A stretch of 64,000 nt of DNA from Lama glama (taxonomy: Eukaryota), in NCBI GenBank assembly GCA_028534125.1, contig CM052818.1, forward strand, positions 4,094,001 to 4,158,000, read 5' to 3'. Position numbers and translations under genes: made by a program. Below the pieces are notes generated by a model that saw only the letters and a list, made by a program, of their open reading frames with translations, ran no database searches and was not told the origin of the DNA. Positions 1-11,692 of this stretch are shown piece after piece. Numbering within the stretch: position 1 is the first letter of the stretch; the number at the start of each line of letters is the position of its first letter.

Positions 1-309
1 TGGTGCATAGATGGGTGTCTCTGTTTCATAATTGTCTTCAAACTTTTTATATATTTTATATGAACACTTTGTGTGATGGTACACTGCATAGTAAAATTTT
101 AGAAGAATGATAAATTAATTCTTTGAAAACTTCTTTATTGAATGTTATATAATAGTATATAAACAAATCTAGATGTCTATGGTAGATGTCTCAAGAAAAT
201 CCATGCCTATTTAAATAATGGCTATTTATTTTAAAGGGCATTTATGCTTTTATGATATTACCGTAAGTAATCTCAGGAAGAAGACATTTGAATGTTTGCT
301 CTCATTTTT

Positions 310-960
310 CCTTGCATGACGTTTTATTAACTACTACGTAGCAAGTAAGCTCTAGGCACTATATAATATATCATGGAACAAAACTAGGATCCTCACCATC
401 CTGGAACACATGTTCTAGCTAGGGAGCGAAGATTGGATGGCAGAGAGACAGATCAAAAGCAATGAGCAAACTATATTAGTAAGTTGTATCTTCTGTTGGG
501 AGGTGATAAGTAACCACTGGAGCAGGGCAGGTAGGTTCAGGATTGCTTGACGGGCTGCAGTTTTGAACAGGGTGGTCGGGGTAGGCTTCATTGAGGTTAC
601 CTCTGAGCAAAGACTTGAAAGAGGTGAGAGAATGACCGTGTGGATTATCGGGGGAAGGTTGTTTCAGGTGGAAGGAACAATTGAAGCAAAGACCCTAAGA
701 TGGGAACACGCATGGGGTGTTTAAGGATTAGCATGGAGGCTACTGGAGCTGGAGTGGACTTAGCAAGTGGCAGTGACGTCAGAGAGGCATTGGAGGGTCT
801 CGGGGACTTTCACGAGACTTCATCCTTTTCTCTGAGTGAGGAAAGGAGTGATGATCCAGTGTGGGATCAAAACCTGGCTTCCATATTAAGGACAGACTGT
901 TAGGAGGTGAAGGCAGAATCGGTTAGTAGCCTGTCACTACAATCCAGGTAAGAGGCTATG
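310..960 (-). mobile_element. L2 fragment
   Basis: 'ggcttcattgaggttacctctgagcaaagacttgaaagaggtgagagaatga' resembles antisense L2. Confidence 0.65.
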
Positions 961-1382
961 CGACCCAGACAGTCTCCACGTATTTCTGAGACTGGTGGTA
1001 TTCATGGGGAACAAATGTTACTGCAGCATCCTGCATTCTTCTTGAACCCGCATTTCAAGTCAGCACGTATATGAACAAGTGCTGTCAAGCTTAGAATACC
1101 TTGGCAGTTGCATTTGAAATCTAATATTCAGTGTCTTTACATTTCAATAGAATTGTTAAGTTTTCCTTTACTACTTTAAAAACTAATGATTCCATTCTGC
1201 TCAACGGAATTAGGCAATTTTATTATTAATTAATAGTTGTAAAGACTATGTGGCAACATGAAAAACCCTTAAGATGGAATGTTCAGTGAAAAAAACCAAG
1301 AGGCAAATTATGCATTTGTACAGTCTGACTGTTAAAATAAAAAGATCTATGACCTTCTAATTGTTCCAGACCACCAACTCTT

Positions 1383-1990
1383 TTTTTTTTTAATTGAAGT
1401 ATAGTTGATTTACAATGTTGTGTTAGTTTCTGGTGTACAGCATAGTGATGCAGGTGCCCCCATGTTGCTGAAAATGGCATTATTTCATTCTTTTTATGGC
1501 TGAGTAGTATTCCTTGTGTATATATACTGCCAGTCATCTGTTGATGGACACTTAGATTGTTTCCACGTCTTGGCTATTGTAAATAGTGCTGCTATGAACA
1601 TTGGGGTGCATGTATCTTTTCAAATTAGAGTTTTCTCCAGATATATGCCCAGGAGTGGGATTGCTGGATCATATAGTAACTATTTTTAGTTGTTTAAGGA
1701 CTCTTCATACTGTTTCCCATAGAAGCTGCACCAATTTACATCCCCACCAGCAGTGTACGATGGCTCCCTTTTCTCCACACCCTCTGCAGCATTTATCACT
1801 TACGGACTTTTTAATGATGGCCATTCTGACTGGTGTGAGCTGATACCTCATGGTAGTTTTGATTTGCATTTCTCTGATGATTAGTGATATTGAGCATCTT
1901 TCCACATGCCTATTGGCCGTCTGTAGGTCTTGGAGAAATATCTGTTTAGGTCTTCTGCCCATTTTTTGATTGGGTTGTCTGCTTTTTGTT
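1383..1990 (-). mobile_element. 5'-truncated L1 (ORF2 end and 3'UTR) with an internal deletion
   Basis: Poly-T then 'aattgaagtatagttgatttacaatg'; ORF2-like peptide [15 protein letters not shown] on the - strand; degenerate TSD cagaccaccaactctt / cagcccacttactctt (13/16). Confidence 0.9.
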
Positions 1991-2006
1991 CAGCCCACTT
2001 ACTCTT

Positions 2007-2442
2007 GGACCTCATCTCCTGTAGCTCTTCCCCTTGCTTGCCTGTAACCACCCTGACCTTCTCACTGATGCTCATGCCTCCCCAGCTTGCTGTTACTTCA
2101 GAGTCTTCGCATGGACTGCTCCCTCAGCCTGCGGGTCTCTTTCTCCAGGGGCCTCCGTGGGCCTGCACGGCGGACTCACCCACCTCCACCAGCGAGGCCT
2201 TGACAGTGAAACAGGACCCCGCCCACTTCGCCCTTCCCATCCCTTTGCTTCAGTCTGTTTTCCCTGCTGCACCCATCACCACCCAATAGAGACTTGGCTC
2301 TATCTGTGTATTTGTTTACTGTCTCTCTCCCTCCAACTGAGGCGTGAACTCCACACCGTCAGGGATTTGGTCCGTATTCTTCAGGTTTTTTGTGCACCTG
2401 GCACAGCGCGGGGACACACAAGAAATCCGGTTGAATGAATGA
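2007..2442 (+). mobile_element. L2 3' end
   Basis: Ends 'cctggcacagcgcgggg...ggttgaatgaatga', an L2-type tail. Confidence 0.65.
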
Positions 2443-4897
2443 CTGTTACAAAGGCCTGAATTTTTTTTAAATAGCTGACAGTTATTGATGGTGATTCATA
2501 TGCCAGGCCTTACTGGTGAGTGAGGGGACCACGCGGAAGGTTACTGAAGGAGGGCGCTAAGGGACTCTTTAAATCGCATGCATCAGAGGAGCTGAGACGA
2601 GGAGATGGCCTTTGTGTGTTAAGCCCATGAGAAGCGCTAAGCAGGCGGGTAAGCCTCAGGTCAGCAGTAACCTAAATGCTGAGAGGTCAGCAGAGGCAAG
2701 GGAACACTTCCCACACTGAGAATGTGGACTGGACGACGGAGTGAATGAGAACTGTCAAGGCAACTTCTAGTCCTAGAGGGCGGTGCCGGGCCCACTGCAT
2801 CACAGGAGGAGAACAGGAGCTCTGTGACCCACCCAAGGGACAAAGGCACCCCAGAGGGCTTCCTGGGTCTGGGTAAAGTGGGCAAGGTCTGGACTGGAGA
2901 AAGAGGGCAGCCAGGAACAGATTTTGTAGCAGTCAAGGAAATTTCGACCTAGCATCTAGCCTCACACTGAGCTTACAAATTCTAACAGCACGCAGCTTGT
3001 AGAACTCTGGCTTCAGAATCTTCAGCAGAACTTATACTCGCCTGTTATACATTGTGTAACAGTACGACACCATGCTAAAGTATCAGAATATTCCCATACT
3101 GTTGATAAACCGCTGCTGCCCAAGCCCCTCCCCCAGCATCCCACCCCAACCTCCCCAGGATCCAGAGCTTAAGAGGTGAAGCCTGGGGATCCTGGGGTCT
3201 CGCTTTGGCACCACAGCTAGTGTCTGTTTGGGTTGGCTAGGACCTATCATACAGCTTGCTAAGTATTTTTTTTTATCATCCCACCTGCCAATTTAGAAGA
3301 AGAGATTGTGTCCACAAAAAGCAAGATGGCAAAGGAATGTGGTGATATTTGGACTTTTTAGAGTCAGGTGAGAGTTATCAGAAAAGACTAGAGAAATCTG
3401 GGGATAAAGAGATTCTGCAGCTAAAATGTGAGGCGTCCCCAGCCTAGAAGAGGTAGGAAATTGTGTCCCCTTTGTCCACTCGGGAGTCTAATCTTCCGCC
3501 TTGTCCACACAGCACAGGTAAGGAACTTAAGGACCTCGCGTTTCAAGAGGTCATTGGCACTGAGATGTAGTTATAGACGTTTTTCTAGTCCGTCTTTAAA
3601 TCAGCCCAAAAGAGACATTTGTGATGGGGAAACTGGTCCAGATATGGAACCCCATTGCTCCTCTGACACTGATACAGGGAAGCCAGTGAAATCGCAGTTG
3701 CACGTCTTACCCATGAGAATGGACAGAGCGAGGACTCTGCAGGGGGGCGTGCCCGGCTCTCCTCCTGACCTCTGAAACCAGCGCGCCCGGGCTACAAGTA
3801 CCGCCACTTACTCAGCTGTCCTGTGGCAGTTACGCGCACATGCCTGCCGTTCAGGGTTTTGGAGTGTGCGTTGACATCTGTGTGTGTGTGTGAAGATAAA
3901 CGGGAGCTTGTTTTGATGCTGGGTGTGATACAGGGGCCCTGCTGGTATGCTGTCAGGAGCCTCACGGCAAAGCCCATGGGATGGGTTACAGCCCTTGGAC
4001 TCACTCACTTGTGGGTCTGTTCAGGGTAAAATCTATTATCAGTCTACAATGGTCTTCTTAATGCAGGAGCAGAAGCTTTAACTGAAATAGAACACTGAAT
4101 CAAATCAACAATTATGAAACAAATGAGCAATTTTTGGAGAGATTTTTTTTTTTTACTGAAAATATAGCTCATTCTCTGGAAGTTCAAAAAATGCTGAAAA
4201 ATGTGCATATTCAGAGGGTGAAGAATCAGAAGTTTATTTATTATGATAAACCTTAAGGAGCCTAGAGAGAAAACGGAAAGTAACTGTAATTATCCTACGG
4301 GGTGAATGTAGGAAAATTCAACTCAGAAGCTGGGTGTTTCTTTCCAGGTGCATCAAATGTATAGACACAGCCCTCTGGACGCAGCACCAGGGCGTGCACT
4401 GAACAAGTCAGGGAGACACCAGTCCCAGTGCCTCAGTGGGAAAAATACCCCCTGGAGTTGTCCACAGGACCGCCCTGGCCACACCGTGTTACCACCACCA
4501 CCAATCATGGTTGGAAAGTAAAATGACCTTGATTTGTCTTTCCCTACACCAGACACACAATCAATTAATTCTACCATTGTTTTTCAGACCAAGGCATTTG
4601 GCATCTTTTCACTTGCCTAATATGTTGTTTGCCAGGCTCTTACTGGAATCATTTGATAATCAATTTGATTTAACCATCAAGATGGATTTGGCAGATTTGG
4701 GTTGTCTTAGTAATTCATCACACAGGTGAAGGACCTGAGCTCCACATCCAGTTGTAAAGTGTTGCCCGGCCTCTCCTGGCTGTGCGCGCCCACCCTGGGG
4801 CAGGGCTGGGCTGGGCTAGGGCTTAGTTAGTGACTGCTGGTGACCCAGCCTAGGGGAACAATGTTTAAAAGGTCTGATTGTATTCTTGTTTCATAAA

Positions 4898-5100
4898 AGT
4901 CAGACTGCCTGGATTCAAATCCTGGCTCTGTCACTTTGTAGCTTTGTGACCTCTGGCAACTAATTGAAACTAAGTGACCCATATATGCCACGCGGATAAT
5001 AAAAGGGTTATTCTAGGAAGGACATTCGGTGATATACGCAAAGCACTTAGCACAATGCCTGCTTGTAGGAAAGCACCTAATAAATTGTAGTTGCTGTCAT
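4898..5100 (+). mobile_element. MIR SINE upstream of BMP10
   Basis: 'cagactgcctggattcaaatcctggctctgtcact...aaagcacttagcacaatgcctg'. Confidence 0.8.
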
Positions 5101-5469
5101 ATGAAGTACTTGCCCTATTTTTCAAAAGCCATTTTGGCCAGATCAAATTTGTACAAAAAAGGTTATTGACCATAAAGTTTATACTTTCCTGTTTCTAACA
5201 ATACCAGCTTCTAAAGATGTATATGAGTTCATTTATACCTATTCAATTGGAGATGTCGGCTATTTGGTCTTTCTTCAGAGATGTTTCTGTGAGGATGAAA
5301 GTCCCATCGCTCGCGTTAATGACGTGTTGCCATTGATGTGCTGTGTTGATTGCTAATGTCGATTACATGCGTGTGTGAAACGGAACTGCCTCAGAGCAGA
5401 ATTTAGGCATCCCTGCCAAAAGGAAGTGAATTAAAAGGAGGAGAAGCAGAGCCTTTGCAAGGAGAAAAT

Positions 5470-5804
5470 TGTCCTATCTCTCAGCCAGTGTCAGAATGTG
5501 GAAATGTTTACAAAATGCTCATTAAAAGAAAAAAGGATTGCAAGATAGAAACAAAATCTGGTGCGCGAGTTTACACTAGGGAGATAAGAAAGGCTAGGCC
5601 CCTGTGGGGGATTTTGTTATCCAATTACTGCAACCTGACTTTTTGGGATGGGGAGAGGAAGAGTGGTAGGGGGAGGGAGAGAGGGGAAGTTTCCAAACTT
5701 GTCTCCAGTGACACGAGACATTTACGCTCCGCCAGATAAAACTGCCACTTGGAGTCCAGGAGCGCTAAACCTTCCCGGGTTGGCCTGGGGGCTCGAGCAG
5801 AGCC
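5470..5804 (+). promoter_or_regulatory. BMP10: BMP10 proximal promoter / 5'UTR
   Basis: Directly upstream of the ATG. WGATAR sites at 5474-5479 (-), 5543-5548, 5582-5587 and 5734-5739; forkhead-type TGTTTAC 5505-5511; NKX2-like CACTTG 5746-5751; purine-rich tract ~5645-5690. TSS cannot be determined from sequence. Confidence 0.6.
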
Positions 5805-6138
5805 ATGGGTGCCCTGGCCCTGCAGCTGTGCGCTGTCTCCTGCCTGGTGGTTCACTGGGTTTCTGGCAGCCCCATCTTGAGCCTGGAGCAGTCGCCTCTG
5901 GAAGAAGACATGCCCCTCTTTGACGATGTCTTCTCAGAGCAAGACGGTGTCGACTTTAACACACTGCTACAGAGCATGAAACACGAGTTCCTCAAGACGT
6001 TAAATCTGTCTGACATCCCGATGCAGGATTCAGCCAAGATTGACCCACCAGAGTACATGTTGGAACTCTACAACAAATTTGCCACAGATCGGACCTCCAT
6101 GCCTTCTGCCAACATCATTAGGAGTTTCAAGAATGAAG
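5805..6138 (+). CDS. BMP10: BMP10 exon 1 coding part (signal peptide and N-terminal prodomain)
   Basis: ATG in strong Kozak context (gccATGG). Translates [36 protein letters not shown]...[31 protein letters not shown], recognisably BMP10. Donor G|GTAAGT at 6138/6139; 334 nt, phase 1. Confidence 0.98.
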
Positions 6139-7099
6139 GTAAGTGGACATTTTCCTGATGAAATGTGGCTTTGAGTTTTCAGAAGCAGTAAGTCAGTTTA
6201 CAATGCAGGGGAATGATACAGATAAGGGTGAATCCATCTGTATAGGGGTGTGTGGACACAGATACACAAAAACAATGCACATTTGGTCTATACCATTTTT
6301 ATGGTCACTTTCCAAATTGTATGAAAAGATACTAAAGTATACCTTTTAATCCAAAGCCATGAAGTGTCTACCATTTTGACATCGTAATTGGGTCTTTAAA
6401 AGTTTTCCACCTGGCCAGCAGGCAATAAAAAATATTACTGCTAGTCTACCAGTATACCTTTGTCTGTCATTTTCCAGATGGGCCTCATCCCATTTGGCTT
6501 TTAATTGACTACGAAATTTGTCAACTTCTACTTAGAATGAAAATAGACAAAATACAGAAAGCTGCCATATGTGTGTCCCTCAAACTTTGGGTGAGTTTCC
6601 ATTTTGTGACTTTATTTCAGAAATGTTCAAACAGGATGGAAACTTAACCTTTTAGAGATTCTTCCTCAAGTTTTGTTTTGTTTGATGTGACATGTATATC
6701 CTTGAAGCACTGTTTATAATTTCCAGGAAATGTGCATGGTGCAGTTAATGATCCAGCTTCCTCCGTGCCTTTATAAAGAGCAGTGCGCAAGCTTTAATTA
6801 TCAGTGGGAAAAGTGTGTTTTCTCCATCCCCTCCCCAGATCTTTATTCAGTACTAAATCTAATGACCTAGCAAGTTAATCCTTTGTTTAATAAGGTGCAA
6901 GGGGGCAAAAATTTTTTTTGTAATATTTATGGTAAAAGTTGTGGGTCCAAAGAAACTAATTCTTTGTTATTTACCAATTATGCTTTTGTGGTCCTTAACC
7001 AGGTGCAGAAGAGGGTTTGGATAGGTGTTGGTCAACTGTTCTTGAAAGCAAAAAGGTGGTGTCAAAACAACAGCTCAGTTTTGGCAATTTGAAATTTGC

Positions 7100-7250
7100 G
7101 CCTCTTGGGGAGGGATGGAAATGTTAGCTATCCTGATTGTGGTGATTTTTTCACTGGTGTATAAAATTATCAAAATTCATCTAATTGTACATCTGAAATA
7201 TGTGTAGTTTACTGTACAGGAATCATACCACAATAAAGGTGTTAAAAAAC
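7100..7250 (+). mobile_element. Ancient L1M 3' end (BMP10 intron)
   Basis: 'ggggagggatggaaatgtt...tcaaaattcatctaattgtacat...caataaag' resembles L1MB/MC/ME termini. Confidence 0.65.
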
Positions 7251-7274
7251 AAGCAAAAACAAAACCACAATAGC

Positions 7275-7460
7275 TCAGGATTTGGGTCTTTGAGACAGAG
7301 TTGACTTAGCTGGTGTGGATAATTAGCTTATTTTTCCCAACCTCGATTTCCTTATCTGTAAACTGGGAATAATATACCCAATTTCAAAGAGGTTACCTGT
7401 TAGAAAGTTGTCTGATTGCTACGAAGTGTTCAACAAATGAACAAATATTAGTTATTACTA
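7275..7460 (+). mobile_element. MIR SINE
   Basis: 'cctcgatttccttatctgtaaactgggaataata'. Confidence 0.6.
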
Positions 7461-8387
7461 ACGAAGTCTTTAAATTCTAGGCATTGGAGGAATGTTGAGT
7501 AGGTATGGCTCAGTCCTGGAGACACTTTTTGCCTTTAAAATTTAGGTGACAGCCCAAATTTCAAATATTTAGTAACGTGTTGGAAAGTTACTTAAGAACT
7601 TTTAGCAACATAATGGAAACAGAAAGCTGAAATTACAGATGTCTTTTGGAGGCGAGTCTGAATTGAAAATAAACAACCTCCTTCCATGGGAAGCCTTCCT
7701 AATGTTTCTGAGCACTGAGCCCTGGGTGGCTGGCTCAGGGTGTGGGTGGGGAAAATGTTTGCATCTCTGGGGAAGAATAGGAGTTTTTCAGTTTTCACTT
7801 CTCCTGTGGAGAATTTGGATGGTCCAGGTCAGGAAGTGGGGTTTTCAGAGCTTCTTATTTCTGAAGATCAGCAGAGGCAGGAGCAGATCTCTTTGTGGAC
7901 AACTTAGGTGGCCGCACCTCTGCCAGTCCGTGGCTGGAAATGCACAACTGAAAGTCTTGAATCCTCCGCTGGGCTCGCTCCGTTGGTTGTTAGTGGGCCC
8001 TTTCATTCTTTGCTTTTGCTCCGTGCAGCTTCCTAGGAGGCAAAGACCAACCAAACAGAAAAAGCCTCCTCAAATCTAACTAATCAGGGGAAATCAAGTG
8101 CCACCTCCAAGGTGGGAAAAGCCTGACTTTATTTCCTACCACTGCTTTGACCTCACTTTGTCTTCCTGGGAAAGTCAGTTCTTTGTACTGAGGCTTGATT
8201 TTTTTTTTTTTTTTGGAATAAGATGAACAGAAGAAGTGCTATCTGTATTGTAGGGTCATTGGAAGAGCTAAGCAAAACAATATTTGCAAAGCACCTCGAA
8301 CATGAAATTTGCTCAACAGATACTCGTTCCAATTCCTGAAATGGAACACCTTCATCTAGTATTATATTTGTATACACACAGTGAACT

Positions 8388-8560
8388 TTTTTTTATCAGC
8401 GTTATGAGGTCTAATTGACATACAACAAACTGCAGAGATTTAAGTGCATAATCTGATAGATTTTGACACATGTAAACATCCATTAAAACCATCACCCCAA
8501 TCAAGATAGTGAATATATTCATCACCACCAAAAGTTTCCTTGTGCTATTTTATAAACTTG
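8388..8560 (-). mobile_element. Ancient L1M 3' end (BMP10 intron)
   Basis: 'gaggtctaattgacatacaacaaactgca...aaaccatcaccccaatcaagatagtgaatatattcatcacc'. Confidence 0.65.
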
Positions 8561-10053
8561 TTCTCCCACTGTAGTGCACTTTCATTGTGCGTTTTTTTCT
8601 AATGGATGGACCAACCAGTCTACTCCTTTATTTTTGGTCTTCTCATGTTTCCTGTCCATGGGGAGTCAAGCTTCCTCCATCCCTATAAGGGGGGACAACT
8701 ACCAAATTACTTGCTGTATGAAGGACATATGTCATGCCCATAAATCAATTTGGTCTAGATGCTCTGAATCTTCAACTAATCAATATTGTTAAAGCACTAC
8801 CTCTGTTTAAAGCACCGTGGTAGATTGGAAGCATAGAAGGGAGTTTAAGCTGTGGTATCTGCCAGTAGGATGACAGTCTAGTTGGGAAGGTCCATTCATA
8901 AAAGGACAACTGAAGAAGAACAGAAATGGCAAGGTCTTGGGAGAGGTGTAGAGAGTAAGTACTCAAGTTACCCAGAAGGGAGTAAACCTCCAGGTAGAAT
9001 GGTGAGGAAGGGAGGGTCTCCTAGGGAAGGGTCACAGTTAGATAGGTCAAGATGAGGGGGTAGGACTTTCCAAGGGTCAGAAGAACATATCTGAGGGTAC
9101 ACTATACAGTAAAGCAAAGGAATGTTTTGGCAAGTGGGGAAGATGGCAGTCTACTTTAAATAGGACACTGTGTTTAATCTTTGTTTAAAAGATTTGCTTA
9201 ACCTTTCCACAAATATTAATTGATCAATTGCAATGTTCTCACACTGTAGGGGATGAATGGGGGCTATGACATGATCAAGGGGTTAAGACCTGGTTTATAG
9301 CTAGTTTTGAGAGCCACGCTAGAGAGCTTAAATTCATGCCATTGACCTGTGTTTCTCACTGGAAGTGTATGAGATGATTTTAGGTGGTGCTCAGAGGAAA
9401 CTATGAATCATATGACATCACTATATATTTTTCTTAATGTGGATTGGAGAAAAAGTCACATAACTAGTACCTCAAACTCCTTATTTCATGGACACTATTG
9501 CTTAGGACAATCCTAAAAGAGGTCGTAAGTATTAAAATAATCAGATCAAGTTCAAGAAAAATATTAAAGAGTACAATCTGGAACATGGATCCCATGATAT
9601 CATGAATTGGGTATACAGCAGAGAAAATGTTGCCAAAGATGATGCAGAGCCCCTCAACTGGTGGTCCTTAGTATCTCTGGTGTCGCGGAACCCTCTGATT
9701 GATGACAAATGCCTTCAGGGATACCTTGTCGACACGTGTTACCTGGGGCAAGTGTACAGGAACTCTGCATGCCTAAAAATTCTCAGATGGGAAGCCAACA
9801 CAATAATATTTGGAAGTGTGCTTCTAAGACAAAGGACCTTTAAATTTGTATCTCGTAAACATTCTGAGTGATTCCTATACACTACGCTTCCATATACATG
9901 CTCAGGGTACATGACTCAGGCACCCGATCTATCCACAAAATTCATTTTCTCCATTTCCCCTTATGGAGGACCACTCACCCCCAAATTCAGCTGCTGTGAT
10001 CCCCTTCGCTCCATGGCTATCTTGTTGACCTTGTCAGGCTTTGGTGTCTAGAG

Positions 10054-10250
10054 CAGGGGTCAGCAAGCTTTTTCTGTAAAAGGCCAGAGAGAGAGAGTAA
10101 ATATTTTAGGCTTTGTGGGCCGTATGATTCCCGTTGAGACTACCAAACCTCACCATTGTAGTAACCACAGACACAGTGCAGTTCCACTTCATTTCCCAAA
10201 ATGGGTGGCAGGCCTGATCTGGCCCATGGGCTATAGTTTGCTAACCTGTG
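10054..10250 (+). mobile_element. MER58A-like hAT element (BMP10 intron)
   Basis: 'caggggtcagcaagctttttctgtaaaaggccaga...gtaaatattttaggctttgtgggcc...tagtttgctaacc'. Confidence 0.82.
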
Positions 10251-10751
10251 GTTCAGATGCCTGTTTTCCAGGAATTCCCCAACTGTGTGAGGGTCTCCAT
10301 CCATTACAAATGCTAATATGAAAAGCCATGAAATCCTCATCCCTGAAGAGCTTCAAGAAAAGAATCACCATCACATGCTTCATTTGATAGCTCCTTATTG
10401 GTTAGGAGGATTGGGGGCTTGCCTGCAAAATCTCCAAGGTCCATCCCAGCTTTCCAATTCTGTGGCTGATAAGTTACGCAAGCAAGGCTGGGTGTGTTTC
10501 CTCTCACTCGTTAGGCGGCCATTTTCCATCTTAGTCTTGGCAGCTTAACTCCGTCTGGTGTTCCACCACTGACCTTCAGTATTTTCTGTTAGAGAGTGCT
10601 AGCCCTGTGTTTGTTTTCATTGATCTAACCTCATTCTCTCTGTATCAAGCCTCCTGTATGAACAGAACTTTTTATTGCATAAATATGCATCTGTTTTTCT
10701 CTGCAACATCTTGCAAATCTGATTTCCGTCTTTTATTATTATTTTTTCCAG

Positions 10752-11692
10752 ATCTGTTTTCCCAACCAGCTAGTTTTAATGGGCTCCGAAAATACCCTCT
10801 CTTCTTCAATGTGTCCATCCCGCACCATGAAGAGGTCATCATGGCCGAACTCAGGTTGTACACCCTGGTGCAAAGAGATCGCATGATATATGATGGAGTG
10901 GACCGGAAAATTACCATTTTTGAAGTACTAGAGAGCAAAGGGGAAAATGAGGGCGAACGAAGCATGCTGGTCTTGGTGTCAGGGGAAATCTATGGAACCA
11001 ACAGTGAGTGGGAGACTTTTGATGTCACCGATGCCATCAGACGTTGGCAAAAGTCAGGCTCATCCCTCCACCAGCTGGAGGTCCACATCGAGAGCAGGCA
11101 TGATGAAATGGAGGATGCCGGCAGGGGACAACTGGAAATAGACACCAGTGCCCGGAATAAGCACGTCCCTTTGCTTGTCGTGTTTTCCGACGACCAGAGC
11201 AGCGAGAAGGAGCGGAAGGAGGAACTGAGTGAAATGATCGCCCACGAGCAACTCCCGGAGCTGGACCACCTGGGCCTGGACGGCTATTCCAGCGGACCCG
11301 GGGAAGAGGCTCTGCTGCAGATGAGGTCCAACATCATCTACGACTCCACTGCCCGCATCAGGAGGAACGCTAAGGGAAACTACTGCAAGAGGACCCCGCT
11401 CTACATCGACTTCAAGGAGATTGGCTGGGACTCTTGGATCATCGCCCCGCCTGGATACGAAGCCTACGAATGCCGTGGTGTTTGCAACTACCCCCTGGCA
11501 GAGCATCTCACCCCAACAAAACACGCAATCATCCAGGCCTTGGTCCACCTCAAGAATTCCCAGAAGGCTTCCAAAGCCTGCTGTGTGCCCACCAAACTGG
11601 AGCCCATCTCCATCCTCTATCTAGACAAAGGCGTCGTCACTTACAAGTTCAAGTATGAAGGCATGGCCGTCTCCGAGTGTGGCTGTAGATAG
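10752..11692 (+). CDS. BMP10: BMP10 exon 2 coding part (prodomain, RIRR furin site 11354-11365, mature TGF-beta-family domain 11366-11689)
   Basis: Pyrimidine tract and CAG acceptor ending at 10751; G+AT gives Asp in frame. Mature domain [21 protein letters not shown]...[14 protein letters not shown]...SECGCR has the 7-Cys pattern; TAG at 11690-11692. 334+941=1275 nt, 424 aa. Confidence 0.98.

Noticed and set aside
10607..10751. N-terminal extension of the 361-aa ORF
   Set aside because: Intron sequence and polypyrimidine tract that happen to be in frame with BMP10 exon 2.
11060..11548. 162-aa antisense ORF within BMP10 exon 2
   Set aside because: Expected by-product of GC3-rich codon usage on the opposite strand.
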